A DNA stretch of 64,000 nt from an uncultured Gemmatimonadaceae bacterium (GTDB lineage Bacteria; Gemmatimonadota; Gemmatimonadetes; Gemmatimonadales; Gemmatimonadaceae): contig CAWHHI010000013.1 in NCBI GenBank assembly GCA_963829055.1, forward strand, positions 26,478 through 90,477, read 5' to 3'. Shown piece after piece: positions 51,101 to 62,601 of the stretch. How positions within the stretch are numbered: position 1 is the first letter of the stretch; each line of letters opens with the position of its first letter. The notes beneath the pieces are model-generated. The model made no database searches, was not told the DNA's origin, and worked only from the letters and a program-made list of their open reading frames with translations. A program made the translations under genes and the position numbers.

Positions 51101-53613
51101 TTATTCGCTGCGCAACGCGACGATCGGATCAACTCGTCGCCGCTCTCCGCGCCGGGATGTATACAGCCACAACCCCAATGGCGATGAGAAGCAGCGGCAC
51201 GCCACTGAGCACCACGATGTCCGTCGGCTCCGTGTTGTACAGCAACTGCTGAATGAGCCGGACCAGTGCCAGTGCCCCGCCCAGTCCCACGGCACAGCCA
51301 ACGACCGCCAGCGTGATGCCCCAGACGAGCACCGACCGCACGATCTGCCGCCCGCTCGCCCCTAACGCGATGCGAATCCCGAACTCGTGCGACCGTCGCG
51401 TCACCGCGTAGCTCGCGACGCCATAGAGTCCCACCGCCGCCAGAACGAGCGCGCACAGGCTGAACGCCCCGATCAGGCCTAACACATAACGCCGAGGAGC
51501 CAGTGAGGCCGACAACGAGCGCTCGACCGACGTGAACGTCACCGCCGGTCCCGGGCCGACCGGCATCATGCTCGGCTCCACGTCCAGCACCGCTCGCCGG
51601 AGCGCCGCCGTCGGTACTGCTCTCGCGTCGCGCAGGCGCACGGCGAACGACACCCATGGCCACGTTTCGGCCGCGAGCGGCACGTACACCGCCGGAGCGG
51701 GGTCGTTCTCGCGCCCGTACTGCCTAACGTCTCCGACGACCCCGACCACGACCGACGGCACGGGCCGCCCGAAGTCGGCCCGTGCCTGCGATGAGCGGAA
51801 AATCGTGAGCGGCTTCCCGAGCGCGCTCTCGCCGGGCCAGTAACGCTTCGCCACCGATTCGCTCACGACCACGCCGTCTCCGGGCGAGCGCATCTCGTCA
51901 GCCGAGAACCAGCGGCCGTTGACCAGCGGGATGCGCATGGTGCGCAGATATCCCTCGGACGCCGTGATGTACGATGGCGAGGTCCTCGCTGTTCACTGGC
52001 CGCCCGGGGATCTCGATGCGGGTCGGGACGCCGGCGCGGCCGGACGGCAGGAAGTTGACCACGGCCACTTCCTCGACCCCGGGCTCACTGCGCAGCCGGT
52101 CGATGACGCGCTGGTAGAGCGCGAGCGCAGGCGCCGGATCACGGTATCGATCGTTAGGCGGCGCGGCAGCGGCCGCGACGACGCCATGGGGGTCGAACCC
52201 GATCCGGGCCGTGAGCAGCCGTCGGTAGCTCTGCGCCAGCAGGCCCGCGCCGACGAGGAGCACGAGCGCGAGCGCGAACTGCGCGCTCGTGAGCACCGCC
52301 CGTCCACGCGCTTCGCGCCGCGTGCCTCCCGCACCGGACCGTCCACTCAACAGCACGCCGAACGTACCGCCGGCCATCGCCGCGCGAAGCGCCGGGACCA
52401 CACCGAAGAGCAGCGTCGTGACGAGCGTGAGGATCGCGGCGACCGCCACCGCTCGCGCGTCGAGCGTGATCTCCTGCGCGCGAGGGAGATCGAACGGAGC
52501 ATTCGCGCGTAGCCATGATACGGCTCGCCATGCGAGCACGACGCCGGCGGCGCCTCCGACCACCGCGAGCATGCCGCTCTCCATGGCGAGCTGTCGCGCG
52601 ACCTGCGCCGGGTTTGCGCCCAGCGCCAGGCGGATCGCGACTTCCCTGCCGCGGGATGAGCCTCGCACCGCGGCGAGGTTCGCGATGTTCACGCACGCCA
52701 CGAGCAGGATCAACGCGACCGCGCCGAGCAGTGTGAGGAGGGCGCTGCGCACGTCGCCGACGAGCTCCTCCTGCAGCGGCGTTACCCGAACGCCCGTCCA
52801 GTCGCGCTCATCGGCCGTGGGACTGTCGCTCGCGATGCGCTGCTGCACGACGGACAGCAACCGTTCGGCCTGCGCGGCATCGACGCCCGGCGCCAGCCGT
52901 CCGACAGCCCGGCTGTCCACGTGGAAGTCGCGGCGCTCGATGACCGGATCCCGTCCGACGAGTGCGTTGAGTGGACGCCAGGTGTCGGCCCACGTCGGGT
53001 ACGAGAAGCCCGGCGGCATCACGCCAACCACGACGACGCTGGCGCTGTCGATGCGAAGGACTCGGCCGATGATGGTCGCGTCGCCGCCGAACGTTCGCTG
53101 CCAGACGTCGTGGGACAGCACGACGACATCCTGTCCTCCCGGCGCCTCCTCCTCGCTGGCGAACGTTCGGCCTAACGCGGCGCGCTGACCCAGGATGGAG
53201 AAGAACCCGGGCGACACGAAGCCGGTCGTGATGCGCTGCGGCCCGTCCGGGCGCTGGAGCATCGCACCGTCGCCACGAATCCACGCGAGCCCCGTGAATC
53301 CCACGCCGGCCTGTGCCCAGTCCCGAAGCGTGGGATTCGACACGAGCCGGGTGTTGCCGGCTTTCGCGCGCTCGTACAGCGAGACGATCCGGTCGGCGTT
53401 GGGGTAGGCGAGCGGCCGGATGAGTACGTGGTCGACGACGCTGAAGATCGTCGCCGCCGCACCGATTCCAAGCGCGAGCGTCGCGATGACCGCGAAGGCG
53501 AAGCCCTTGGCGTTGCGTATGGCGCGCCAGGCCGCGCGAGCTTCTCGCGCAGCCGCGTCGGCGACGTCATGGAACGTGGGAGTGCGTGCGGCGGATCGTT
53601 GGTCGGAGCTCAT
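51101..53613 (-). CDS. ADOP-family ABC permease (frameshifted)
   Basis: LALGIGAAATIFS, ACVNIANL, EFGIRIALGA, RVDPIVALRSE. Confidence 0.88.
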
Positions 53614-53671
53614 CTCGTGGCCGGTTGGTCGCTACAACAACCAACTTCGCTCCGAGCCCGCGAGTCACTCG

Positions 53672-53838
53672 TGTCATTCCGAGCAGCCTTGTCATTCCGA
53701 GCGAGCGAAGCGAGTCGAGGAATCCCGATTGTCCCGGTAGAGGGGCCCCTCTACCGGGATGATCAGCGATTCCTCGACTGCGGCCTTCGGCCTCCGCTCG
53801 GAATGACACGGCGTCGCGGGCGCTCCGCTCGGAATGAC
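53672..53838. repeat. R2 palindrome with duplicated ends
   Basis: GTCATTCCGAGC x2 .. GTAGAGGGGCCCCTCTAC .. GCTCGGAATGAC x2. Confidence 0.9.
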
Positions 53839-53843
53839 ACTCG

Positions 53844-54413
53844 TCAGGTCGCGCGTTGCGCGGGGAGCGCAGGCCCGAAGATATCGGCCAACGAGATCAC
53901 GAGCGGCGCCGCGACGCCCGCCGGATGCCAGTGAAGCGATTCACGCACGGTGACGTCCTCGACGCCCGGTCGAACGATGCGGACCGTTCGATCCTCACCA
54001 TCGACCATCCAGTACTGCTCTATGCCTTCGTCGACGTACAGACTGCGCTTGTACATCCGGTCTCGACGACGCGTGCTGTCCGATGCGATCTCCACCACCA
54101 GAATCGGGAGCGGCGCACCGGCCCAACTGGCCTGCGGGACATCCTGCGGTTGGCGAACCATCAGATCCGGCTCGACCTCCGTATCGTCAGCGATACGGAC
54201 GACCGCACGGGGGCGATAGATGAGACCAAGCCCGTTCGCCGCGACGTACGGATCGAGCAGGCGATGCAACCGAGCGGCGATCGTCTCGTGCGCGTCGGTG
54301 GGCGGGGGCGTCACGAACAACTGACCCCGGATGATCTCGTACTTGTTGCCGTCATCCGGGAGGCTGTACAGATCTTCGATCGTCCATCGGCGAATGGGAC
54401 TGACCATATGCAT
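53844..54413 (-). CDS. Uma2 family PD-(D/E)XK endonuclease
   Basis: LPDDGNKYEII.G, EPDL, LVVEIAS, DR..KR.LY...GI..YWMVD; GAGGAGGA RBS. Confidence 0.92.
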   Translation of the reverse strand: MHMVSPIRRWTIEDLYSLPDDGNKYEIIRGQLFVTPPPTDAHETIAARLHRLLDPYVAANGLGLIYRPRAVVRIADDTEVEPDLMVRQPQDVPQASWAGAPLPILVVEIASDSTRRRDRMYKRSLYVDEGIEQYWMVDGEDRTVRIVRPGVEDVTVRESLHWHPAGVAAPLVISLADIFGPALPAQRAT

Positions 54414-54579
54414 GTGGCAATCCTCCTCGGACTTTTCGGTGGCGGGCGCATGACCCGAGGGTATGCATGCGTGCCGTTTTGATATCATCGATCGGCCGAG
54501 CTTCGCATCACTGCATTTCGCGCGACGCCTCGCCGAGCGTACGCTCGGCCACCAGGCCGAGTCAAGCGGCGAGCGAGCG

Positions 54580-54731
54580 TGTCATTCCGGGCAGCTTGTC
54601 ATTCCGAGCGGAGGCCGAAGGCCGCAGTCGAGGAATCGAGCCGCCTGTCAGGTAGAGGGCTCTCTACCGGGACGACGAGGATTCCTCGACTCGCTCCGCT
54701 CGCTCGGAATGACAACACCGCTCGGAATGAC
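54580..54731. repeat. R2 palindrome with duplicated ends
   Basis: GTCATTCCG x2 .. GTAGAGGGCTCTCTAC .. GCTCGGAATGAC x2. Confidence 0.9.
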
Positions 54732-54801
54732 ATCGCCGAGCCGAGCCGTTCGGTAGATTTCTCGCACGTCTGAACACACCCGCGAACACGCCCATCACGA
54801 A

Positions 54802-55527
54802 ATGAGCACCCTTGCGATCACCGCTCCAGTCAGCCGGAGCCTCTACGTCAGCGACCCCGCCCGGAGCATCGCATTCTACCGCGACGTGCTCGGCTTCGAC
54901 GTTCGTCCCGGCCCGAGCGGCGGGATCGAGATGACCCTCGGCCCGGCGCGCATCACGTTAGGCAGGCGTGATCCCGCCACCGACCCGGGCCGAAGCATCC
55001 TGTTCTTCGAGATCGACGACGTCGCGGCGACCTACGACACCCTCGGCGCTCGCGGCGCCAATCCGACCGTGCCGGAAGACGTCAACTGGATCAAGATGCG
55101 GATGATCGAGGTCCGCGATCCGGACGGCAACACGCTGTGGTTCGGAAATGGCTTCGGTGGACCGAACAAGCCCACCGCGCAGCGGCTGCTCCGCAAAGTC
55201 ATGCCTGAGCTTCCGCTCGACGACGTGGCCGCCGGAGTCGCGCATTACCGCGACGTGTTAGGCTTCGAGGTCAACTACCAGCAGGGCGACCTGGGCGTCA
55301 TGGATCGCGACGGCATGCGCCTCCTGCTGATCGAGCGAACCGCGCGGCACACCGGGATCGGATCGTGCAGCTTCTACGTGACCGACGCCGATGCACTCCA
55401 CGCGGAGCTCGTCGCGAAGGGCGCGAACGTGCAGGGCGAGCCGGTGAGTCAGCCCTGGGGTCTGCGCGAGTTCAAGGTGCTGGACCTCGAGGGCAACCGG
55501 CTGTCCTTCGCGCAGACGTTCGAGTGA
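54802..55527 (+). CDS. Tandem VOC/glyoxalase domain protein
   Basis: FYRDVLGF and HYRDVLGF; VRDPDGN; QPWGLREF..DLEGN. Confidence 0.88.
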   Translation: MSTLAITAPVSRSLYVSDPARSIAFYRDVLGFDVRPGPSGGIEMTLGPARITLGRRDPATDPGRSILFFEIDDVAATYDTLGARGANPTVPEDVNWIKMRMIEVRDPDGNTLWFGNGFGGPNKPTAQRLLRKVMPELPLDDVAAGVAHYRDVLGFEVNYQQGDLGVMDRDGMRLLLIERTARHTGIGSCSFYVTDADALHAELVAKGANVQGEPVSQPWGLREFKVLDLEGNRLSFAQTFE

Positions 55528-55546
55528 CCTTACCCTCTTCCGACAC

Positions 55547-56038
55547 ATGACCGTTCGCGTCTTCGTCACCGGCGGCACGTTCGACAAGGAATACGACGAG
55601 CTCACCGGCAAGCTCTACTTTCGAAACACCCACGTCGACGAGATGCTGCGGCGCGGACGATGCGGGTTGGACGTCGATGTCGAGACGCTCATGATGGTGG
55701 ACAGCCTCGAGATGACCGGCGAGCAGCGCGCGCGCATCGTCCAGGCATGCCGCGATTGCGAGGAGGACCAGATCGTCATCACCCACGGCACCGACACGAT
55801 GGTCGAAACCGCGCGCGCGATTGCCGATGGGATGGACGGCAAGACCGTCGTGCTCACGGGCGCCATGGTGCCGTACGCGTTCGGCAGCTCGGACGGACTC
55901 TTCAACCTCGGCAGCGCGCTCTCGTTCGTGCAGTCGCTCCCACCTGGCGTGTACATCGCGATGAACGGCCGCAGCTTCCCGTGGGATGACGTGCGCAAGA
56001 ACCGCGACGCTGGCGTGTTCGAGCGACTCCCGGCATAA
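55547..56038 (+). CDS. Short asparaginase-domain protein (N-terminal domain only)
   Basis: TGGTFDK, DSLEM, HGTDTM, VLTGAM. Confidence 0.9.
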   Translation: MTVRVFVTGGTFDKEYDELTGKLYFRNTHVDEMLRRGRCGLDVDVETLMMVDSLEMTGEQRARIVQACRDCEEDQIVITHGTDTMVETARAIADGMDGKTVVLTGAMVPYAFGSSDGLFNLGSALSFVQSLPPGVYIAMNGRSFPWDDVRKNRDAGVFERLPA

Positions 56039-56072
56039 CCCGGTTGCTCCGCGCAACAGTTGTCCGCCGCTC

Positions 56073-58479
56073 GTGACCACCGAAGTTCGACCACGCTCGA
56101 TCGAGGAAGACTGGCTCTGGGGGTGGGATCTCACGCCCGGCATCGTGTCCGTGTGGGCGGAGAACACCGGGCACGCGATCGTCTGGCGTCGCATTCCGGA
56201 GACCGGCGCGCTCGTGCGCGAAGTCGAGCGCTTTCGACCGTGGCTGCTCCTCGATCGTCTGGATGACCTGACGCATCTCGGCTCCGCGCTCGTGCGCGAG
56301 GATGCGGAAGACGGGCCCGCCGCGGCGGACGCACGCGTCACGTTTCGCGAGCTGCACGGACCGGGAGAGTTGCGGTATCTCGTTCGCGCCAACGACACGC
56401 GCACCCTAACGAGTGCCGTGCTCGACGGCGCGAGCCGTCGGCTGGGGAAGCGCGTCGGCCACATCCGCGATCTGGAAGACGACAGCGTGCTCGCCCTTCC
56501 AGCCGAGGAGCAGTATCTCGTCGCTACGGGTCGCACGTACTTCCGCGGGCTGACGTTCGATGATCTGCGGCGCCTGCAGTTCGACCTCGAGACCACGGGC
56601 CTCAATCCGGAGCACAGCCGGATGTTCATGGTCTCGGTGCGCTATCCGGACGGGTCGACCGAGGTGCTCGAGGCTCCCCAGCGCGGCGATGCCGGGGAAG
56701 CCGAGCTCATTCGGCAACTCATGGCGCGCATCGAGGCTGCCGATCCGGATGTGATCGAGAACCACAACCTGCACGGGTTCGATCTCCCCTTCCTCGATCA
56801 CCGCGCGCGGCGAGTCGGCGTCCCACTCACGTTAGGCCGCACCGGACCCCCGGGGTTGCGTCAGCGTGCGGCGCGCCGCGGTGTCGCCGGCAGCGACGGA
56901 AGCCGGCGACGCGTCCGATTCATCGTCCCGGGCCGCGAGCTGATCGATACGATGGATGCGGTGATCGCGTACGACTTCTCCACGCGATCGCTGCCGGGCC
57001 ACGGCCTCAAGGCCGTCGCGCGTCACCTCGGCTTCGCGTCGCCCGATCGCGAGTACATCAAGGGCAGTCAGATCTACGCGACGTATCGCACGGATCCGGA
57101 TCGCGTCAGGCGTTATGCAACGGACGACGTCATTGAAGTCGCGCATCTGTCGCGCATGCTCGGCGGCGCTGCCTTCGCGCTCGCGCAGATGGCGCCGCGC
57201 CGCTACGAGCGACTGTCCGACGCGGGCGCCGCCACGGGCGTCATCGACCCGATGCTCGTGCGCGCGTACCTGCGGTCCGACACGGCACTGCCGAAGCACG
57301 AGCCGAGCGACGGCACGCCGCACAGTGGCGCAGCGCTTCACCTGTTCGCGTCAGGCGTCGCGCAGCGCGTCGTCAAGGTGGACGTGGCCAGTCTGTACCC
57401 GTCGCTCATGCGGTCGTTTCGCATCGGCCCGGCGCGCGATGAGCTGGGTGCGTTGCTCGCGCTCGTCGACGGCCTGGTGCAGCGCCGCCTGCAGGCGAAG
57501 GCGGACGCGCGCGCGGCACCCGCTGGCTCGGCCGAGCGCCACACGCACGAGGCGCTCTCGGCGGCGATGAAGATCGTCGTCAACTCCGCGTACGGGTATC
57601 TCGCGGCGGGCGGCGACCTGACGCGCTTCGCCGACGTGCACGCGGCGAACGAGGTGACGCGACGCGGCCGCGAGACGCTCGAGCTGATCTGCCGAGCGTT
57701 GGCGGAGCGCGGCGTGACGTTGATCGAGGCCGACACGGATGGCGTGTACTTCGCTGTACCGGAGTCGTGGACCGAGGATGATGAGCGCCGCATCGTCGCC
57801 GAGGTAGCCGAGTTGCTGCCGTCGCTCGTGCATCTGGAGCTCGAGGGGCGTTATGCAGCAATGCTCTCGCACGAGCCGAAGAACTACGCCCTGCTCGGCT
57901 ACGACGGCACGCTCGTGCTTCGAGGCGTGGCGTTCCGGTCGAGTCGTGCGGAACCGTTCGGCGAGACGTTCCTGCGTCGGGCGATCGCGAAACTGCTCGT
58001 CGGCGACGTCGCGGGTGTACACGCGGTGTACGTCGCGACGGTGAGCGCGCTGCGCCAGCGCGAGCTGTCCACGCGCGAGGTGTCGTCGCGCGTGCGTCTC
58101 GACGAAGCCGCCGGCGCGCTATCTCGAAAGCCGCGAGCGTCGTCGAGAGCTGCCGTACGAGGCGATGCTCCTGAGCGGCCGAACGACGTGGAGCGTTGGT
58201 GATCGCGTGCGCGTGTATCGCACGCAGGGAGGCGGGGCCGGCATCGTGGATCTCGATGACCCCGACGCCGAGTCGCATGATCCGCGCGACTACGACGTCG
58301 AGCACTACGTTCGGCTGCTGCGCGAGACGTACTCGGCCCGCCTCGCTCGGGCGCTCACACCGGCGGACTTCACGGCGGTGTTCTCGGACCCGGATCAGTT
58401 CTCGCTGTTGCCGCCGTCGTTCGAGACGATGCGACCTATCCTGACGGTTTTGGGCGGCGCTCGTTACGGGGCTCGTTAG
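56073..58479 (+). CDS. Family B DNA polymerase with 3'-5' exonuclease domain (frameshift near 58100)
   Basis: Exo motifs FDLETTG, HNLHGFDLPFL, YATDD; pol motifs DVASLYPS, KIVVNSAYG, ADTDG, KNYA. Confidence 0.9.
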
Positions 58480-59117
58480 GTCGTCTCGTCCAGCAGGTCG
58501 CGTTCGGCGAGCTCCGCGATCCACTCCTCGTGTCGGCGTCGGCTCCACCCGAGCTCCTCGATCGTCAGGTGGTACAGCTCGGGACTCGTCAGGGCGCAGA
58601 ACCGCTCGGCGGCCTGGCGCGGTGTGAGTCCGGCCGGAAGCTCGAGACAGACGTGCTGCGCGAAGTGTCGCTTCTGATTCGCGAGACGCTCACTCAGGAG
58701 CCGAGCGCGCAGTTCGATCGCGAACGCCTCGCTGTCGGCGGCGCCGCGGATGACCTTGTGCACGGGGCTCGTCTGCGCGAGCACGCCGCAGCAGAACGTC
58801 ACGAACGCCCGGAGTCGGGCGCGGGCCGACGGGAGACGTCCAATCGCCTCGAGCGCGGCGTCCTGCTCCGGCTTCAGGGGGATGGCGGCGTCGATCACGC
58901 CTTCGAGCAGGCCGCGCTTACCGCCGAACGTGGCGTAGATCGTCTCCTGCGAAATGCCCGCCGCATTGGCGACCGCCGCGATCGTCGTGCTGGCATAGCC
59001 CCGGTCGATGAACAACGCTCTGGCCGCATCGAGGGCCCGTTGCCGCGTCGAGAGGGCCTGCTCCGAGCGCACTGCGGAGCGGTACTGTCGGCGTTGGGGA
59101 TTGACAGGCTGACTCAT
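58476..59117 (-). CDS. TetR family regulator
   Basis: AARALF..RGYASTTIAAVA..AGIS.ETIY..FGGK HTH. Confidence 0.92.
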   Translation of the reverse strand: MSQPVNPQRRQYRSAVRSEQALSTRQRALDAARALFIDRGYASTTIAAVANAAGISQETIYATFGGKRGLLEGVIDAAIPLKPEQDAALEAIGRLPSARARLRAFVTFCCGVLAQTSPVHKVIRGAADSEAFAIELRARLLSERLANQKRHFAQHVCLELPAGLTPRQAAERFCALTSPELYHLTIEELGWSRRRHEEWIAELAERDLLDETT

Positions 59118-59177
59118 TTGCGTACTGTAGCGCTGTATTGATTTGAGTGCAACTGTACCGAATCAAGAGAGGCGGCC

Positions 59178-60026
59178 ATGGCACGCACCGGCACGACGCA
59201 GGCACTTCGCGTGGACGGCGAGCAGATCGAGTATGAAGACGCGGGCGCTGGCGAGCCAATCCTGCTCGTGCATGCCGGGGCGTTCAGCGACTGGTTCGCG
59301 CCGGTGGCGGCCACCGCGGAGCTGAACGGATTCCGCGTCATCCGTCTCCGCCGCGCCGGGTACGTGAATGGCAGCGTCCCGTCTCGTCATCTGTCGATCG
59401 CCGACCATGCGCGACACTGTGGCTTGCTGCTCGATGCGCTCGGGCTCTCGAGGGCGCACGTGTGTGGTCATTCGAGTGGCGCACTCGTTGGGCTGCAACT
59501 CGCGCTCGACCGACCGGCGCTCGTGCACAGCCTCGTGCTCCTCGATCCCGCACCGGGCGGCGAGCTCCTGGGACCGATCAATGCTCCGACGGTCGGTGGG
59601 GTGCTCGGCCCTGTCATGGAAGCGTATGCCGGTGGTGACACGGCAGTCGCGTTCGATCGCTTCATGACTGCCGTGTGCGGCTCGCATCATCGGTCCGTCA
59701 TGGAACAGGCGCTTGGCATCGATGGATATGAGCAGGCCGTGCGCGAGTCCGCGTTCTTCCCGGATGAAGTGGCCGCCGTTGGTGAATGGCAGTTCGGCGT
59801 CACCGAGGCGAGCAGGATCCGCGCGCCGATGCTTCTCGTGGACGGCGGGACGACCGCGGACGTCGCCGCCGTGCTACCCGAGTCAGTCTCGCGACTCGCG
59901 GCGATGGTGCCGCAGGCCGAGGTCGCCGTGCTGGCGGGCGCTAGTCACCTCATGCCGCTCGAGGACCCCGGCGGCGTCGCCCGGCTCATCGCGGATTTCG
60001 TCCGCACGCACGCGATCACTGCCTAA
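59178..60026 (+). CDS. Alpha/beta hydrolase
   Basis: GHSSG nucleophile elbow, SHLMPLEDP; divergent from TetR. Confidence 0.9.
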   Translation: MARTGTTQALRVDGEQIEYEDAGAGEPILLVHAGAFSDWFAPVAATAELNGFRVIRLRRAGYVNGSVPSRHLSIADHARHCGLLLDALGLSRAHVCGHSSGALVGLQLALDRPALVHSLVLLDPAPGGELLGPINAPTVGGVLGPVMEAYAGGDTAVAFDRFMTAVCGSHHRSVMEQALGIDGYEQAVRESAFFPDEVAAVGEWQFGVTEASRIRAPMLLVDGGTTADVAAVLPESVSRLAAMVPQAEVAVLAGASHLMPLEDPGGVARLIADFVRTHAITA

Positions 60027-60119
60027 CGTCGATCATCGACCATGACTCACTCGCATTGTCAGGTGGCCATGACGCAATGGTGACACAACCGGCTGCGCTC
60101 GCGGACCTGCTCCTCGACC

Positions 60120-62505
60120 TTACGTAGGGTCCGGCTGCACGAACATGCCCACGCGCTCGCACGAGCTCGCGCCACCGTGGGTCATCGACAATGGCGCGAT
60201 CATGGCCCGGGGCCACGACGCGGAAAATCGCTTCGACCGGCAGCACGACACAGAGGAAGTCTCGAGTCTCGTAGGCGCGTTCGAGCCACCGGAATGCTGC
60301 GTCGTAGTTGCCGAGCGCCTGCTCCACGACCGCGATGGCGCTCGGAGGGAGCCAGCCGTGCTCGCTTCGCTCGAATGAGCTCGTCGCGGATGCGTCGCGC
60401 CTCGTCGTGGTTCCCCGTTAGGCATTCTGCGACTGCGACCTCGGCCGCAAGAAATGGAAGCGTGCTGCCGAGCGCAGCCGCGTGCTTCAAGTCTGCCAGT
60501 CCGCCCTCGACGTCGCCGACCGCGCAGCGCGACTTGCCTCGCCAGCGAAACGCGTCCGGATATCGTGGCTCCTGAGCAATCACGCGTTCCGCCGCGGCGA
60601 TTGCCTGGTGATAGTCGCCGACCAGTGAACGCAACGACCACAGCGTACCACTGTGTACCGAGAGAGACGGGGTCAGCCTCGATCGCCGCATTGCAATCCG
60701 CGACCGCCTGCTGACGCCTTCCACGTAACGCGTTCAGGCGAGCCGACAATTGAAGCGCCTCGGCGCTCCTCGGCTCTAGTGCGAGCGCGTGTTGGATGTG
60801 GCGCTCCGTGGCGTCAGGATCCCACTCGTGATAGAACGCGATCTCGCCGAGCATGCAGTGGGCCTCGGCCAGGCTTGGATCGAGTGCCAGGGCGTCCTGC
60901 GCGTAGCGACGCGTGCGCGTGAACGCTTCGGCCGGAGGAACCACCATGGAAATCGCGAGCCAGAGGTTCGCGTCCGCGAGCCCTACGAGTGCCGGCGCGA
61001 AATCCGGGTCCAGTGCCAGCGCCTGCTGAAAATGGATGATCGCCTCGCGATGCCCCTCGCCGCGACGGTGGTTCAGGTATCGTCCCTTGAGGTACGCGTC
61101 GTACGCCTCCACGTTCGCGGCCGGCCGCGTGCGTCGTGCGGTCCGAGCGTTCGCGACCGCCACGTGACGTTAGGCGCCGAGCGAACCTTCGTGCAAGGTG
61201 CTCCGCAGCATGTCCGCGATGGCGCTCGCGATTTCATCCTGCACGGCGAAGATGTCCGTCAGCTCCCGATCGAAGCGCTCACTCCAGAGCTGGAAGCCGT
61301 CGGATGCGTTGACGAGTTGTGCCGCGATGCGCACGCGGTTGCCGGCCCGGCGTACACTCCCTTCCAGCAGCGTGCGGACACTGAGCTGTTCGGCGATGAC
61401 GCGCGGGTCCGTCGGCTTGCCCTTGAACGCGAAGCTCGACGAGCGTGCCGCCACACGGAGCGAGCGGTCCTGGGCGAGGAGATTCCGGATCTCTTCGGCG
61501 ATGCCGTCGGAGAAGTATTCGTTTTCGGGGTCGGCGCTCAGATTCGCGAACGGCAACACCGCGATCGACGGGCTCTCGTCCATCGATACGCGCGGTCTCT
61601 CGTCGCCCGACAGTGCTCCGGCGGGCGAAGTCGGTTCGGACACCGAGAGCGACGACTCCAGAGCGTCCACGAGTGCACGTGCCGAAGTCGGGCGGGCCTC
61701 GCGGTCCTTCTCCAGGCATTGCATCACGATTGTCGCGACAGACGGTAGACAGCGATGGGCTTCGTTCGCCGACGGGTGCCGGTCGCTCGATCATGTGGGC
61801 GGTGATGTACGCGTGACTCGTGCGCTTGCCCGCAAATGGATGCGCGCCCGCCAGGCATTCATAGGCAACCACGCCCCATGCGTACAGGTCCGCGCGGAGA
61901 TCGGCGTCCGGATCGCCGGCCGCCTGCTCCGGCGCCATGTAGGCCGGCGTGCCTAACGCCATACCCAGCTGCGTCAGGGCATCGCCCGGCTGGCGCAACC
62001 GTGCCATGTCGAGCGCCTTGCTGATACCGAAATCAGTCACGACCGCGATGCCATCGGCGAGCAGCACGTTCTCCGGCTTGATGTCGCGATGGACCACACC
62101 CTCCGCATGCGCGTACGCAAGCGCATGTGCGACGTCGCCGAGAAGCCGAATGGCAGTTCGCGGCGCCAACGTTCCGGCGTTGAGCCGAGCGCGGAGCGAC
62201 TCACCGCGGACGAACGGCATGGTGTAGTAGGGCAGCCCGTCGCTGTCGCCGGCGGCGAGGAGGGGAACGATGTTGGGGTGCTGCAGACGCGCGGCGATGC
62301 GCAGTTCGCGCTCGAACCGTTCCATCGAGACGCCCTCAGCCAGCTCAGGCGAGAGCACCTTCACGACGACTTCTCGGCCCAGCCGAACGTCCCGCGCGAG
62401 AAAGACTCGGGACATGCCACCGCCGCCCAGCTCCCGGTCCAGCGAATAGCCGGTGCCGAGCGCCGACTGGAGTCGTCCGCGGAGGTCAGGAATGTCGATG
62501 CTCAC
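60120..62505 (-). CDS. Ser/Thr protein kinase with TolB-like and TPR domains (frameshifted; ends approximate)
   Basis: ELGGGGMSRVF, HRDIKPEN, DFG, GTPAYMAPEQ; SIAVLPFANLS..NEYFSDG; AYDAYLKGR. Confidence 0.88.
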
Positions 62506-62601
62506 GTCTGTCTCATATACCAAGAGCCGGGTTGGCTAAGCTATGGTGCCACCGGGACAACGCTAGCGGACACCGACGTCCGAGGTAGATACTCTTACCC
62601 C

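Noticed and set aside
56073..58479. Prophage, casposon or pipolin around PolB
   Set aside because: No integrase, Cas1, structural genes or terminal repeats; composition and heptamer density match the flanks
23427..58479. A single DNA repair/defence system made of the AKR-kinase, 5'-3' exonuclease, Uma2 and PolB
   Set aside because: The genes are scattered over 35 kb among unrelated genes with no shared operon or regulatory motif
59118..59177. TetR operator between tetR and the hydrolase
   Set aside because: Only weak CTGTA repeats and an imperfect palindrome; a site is likely but I cannot define it
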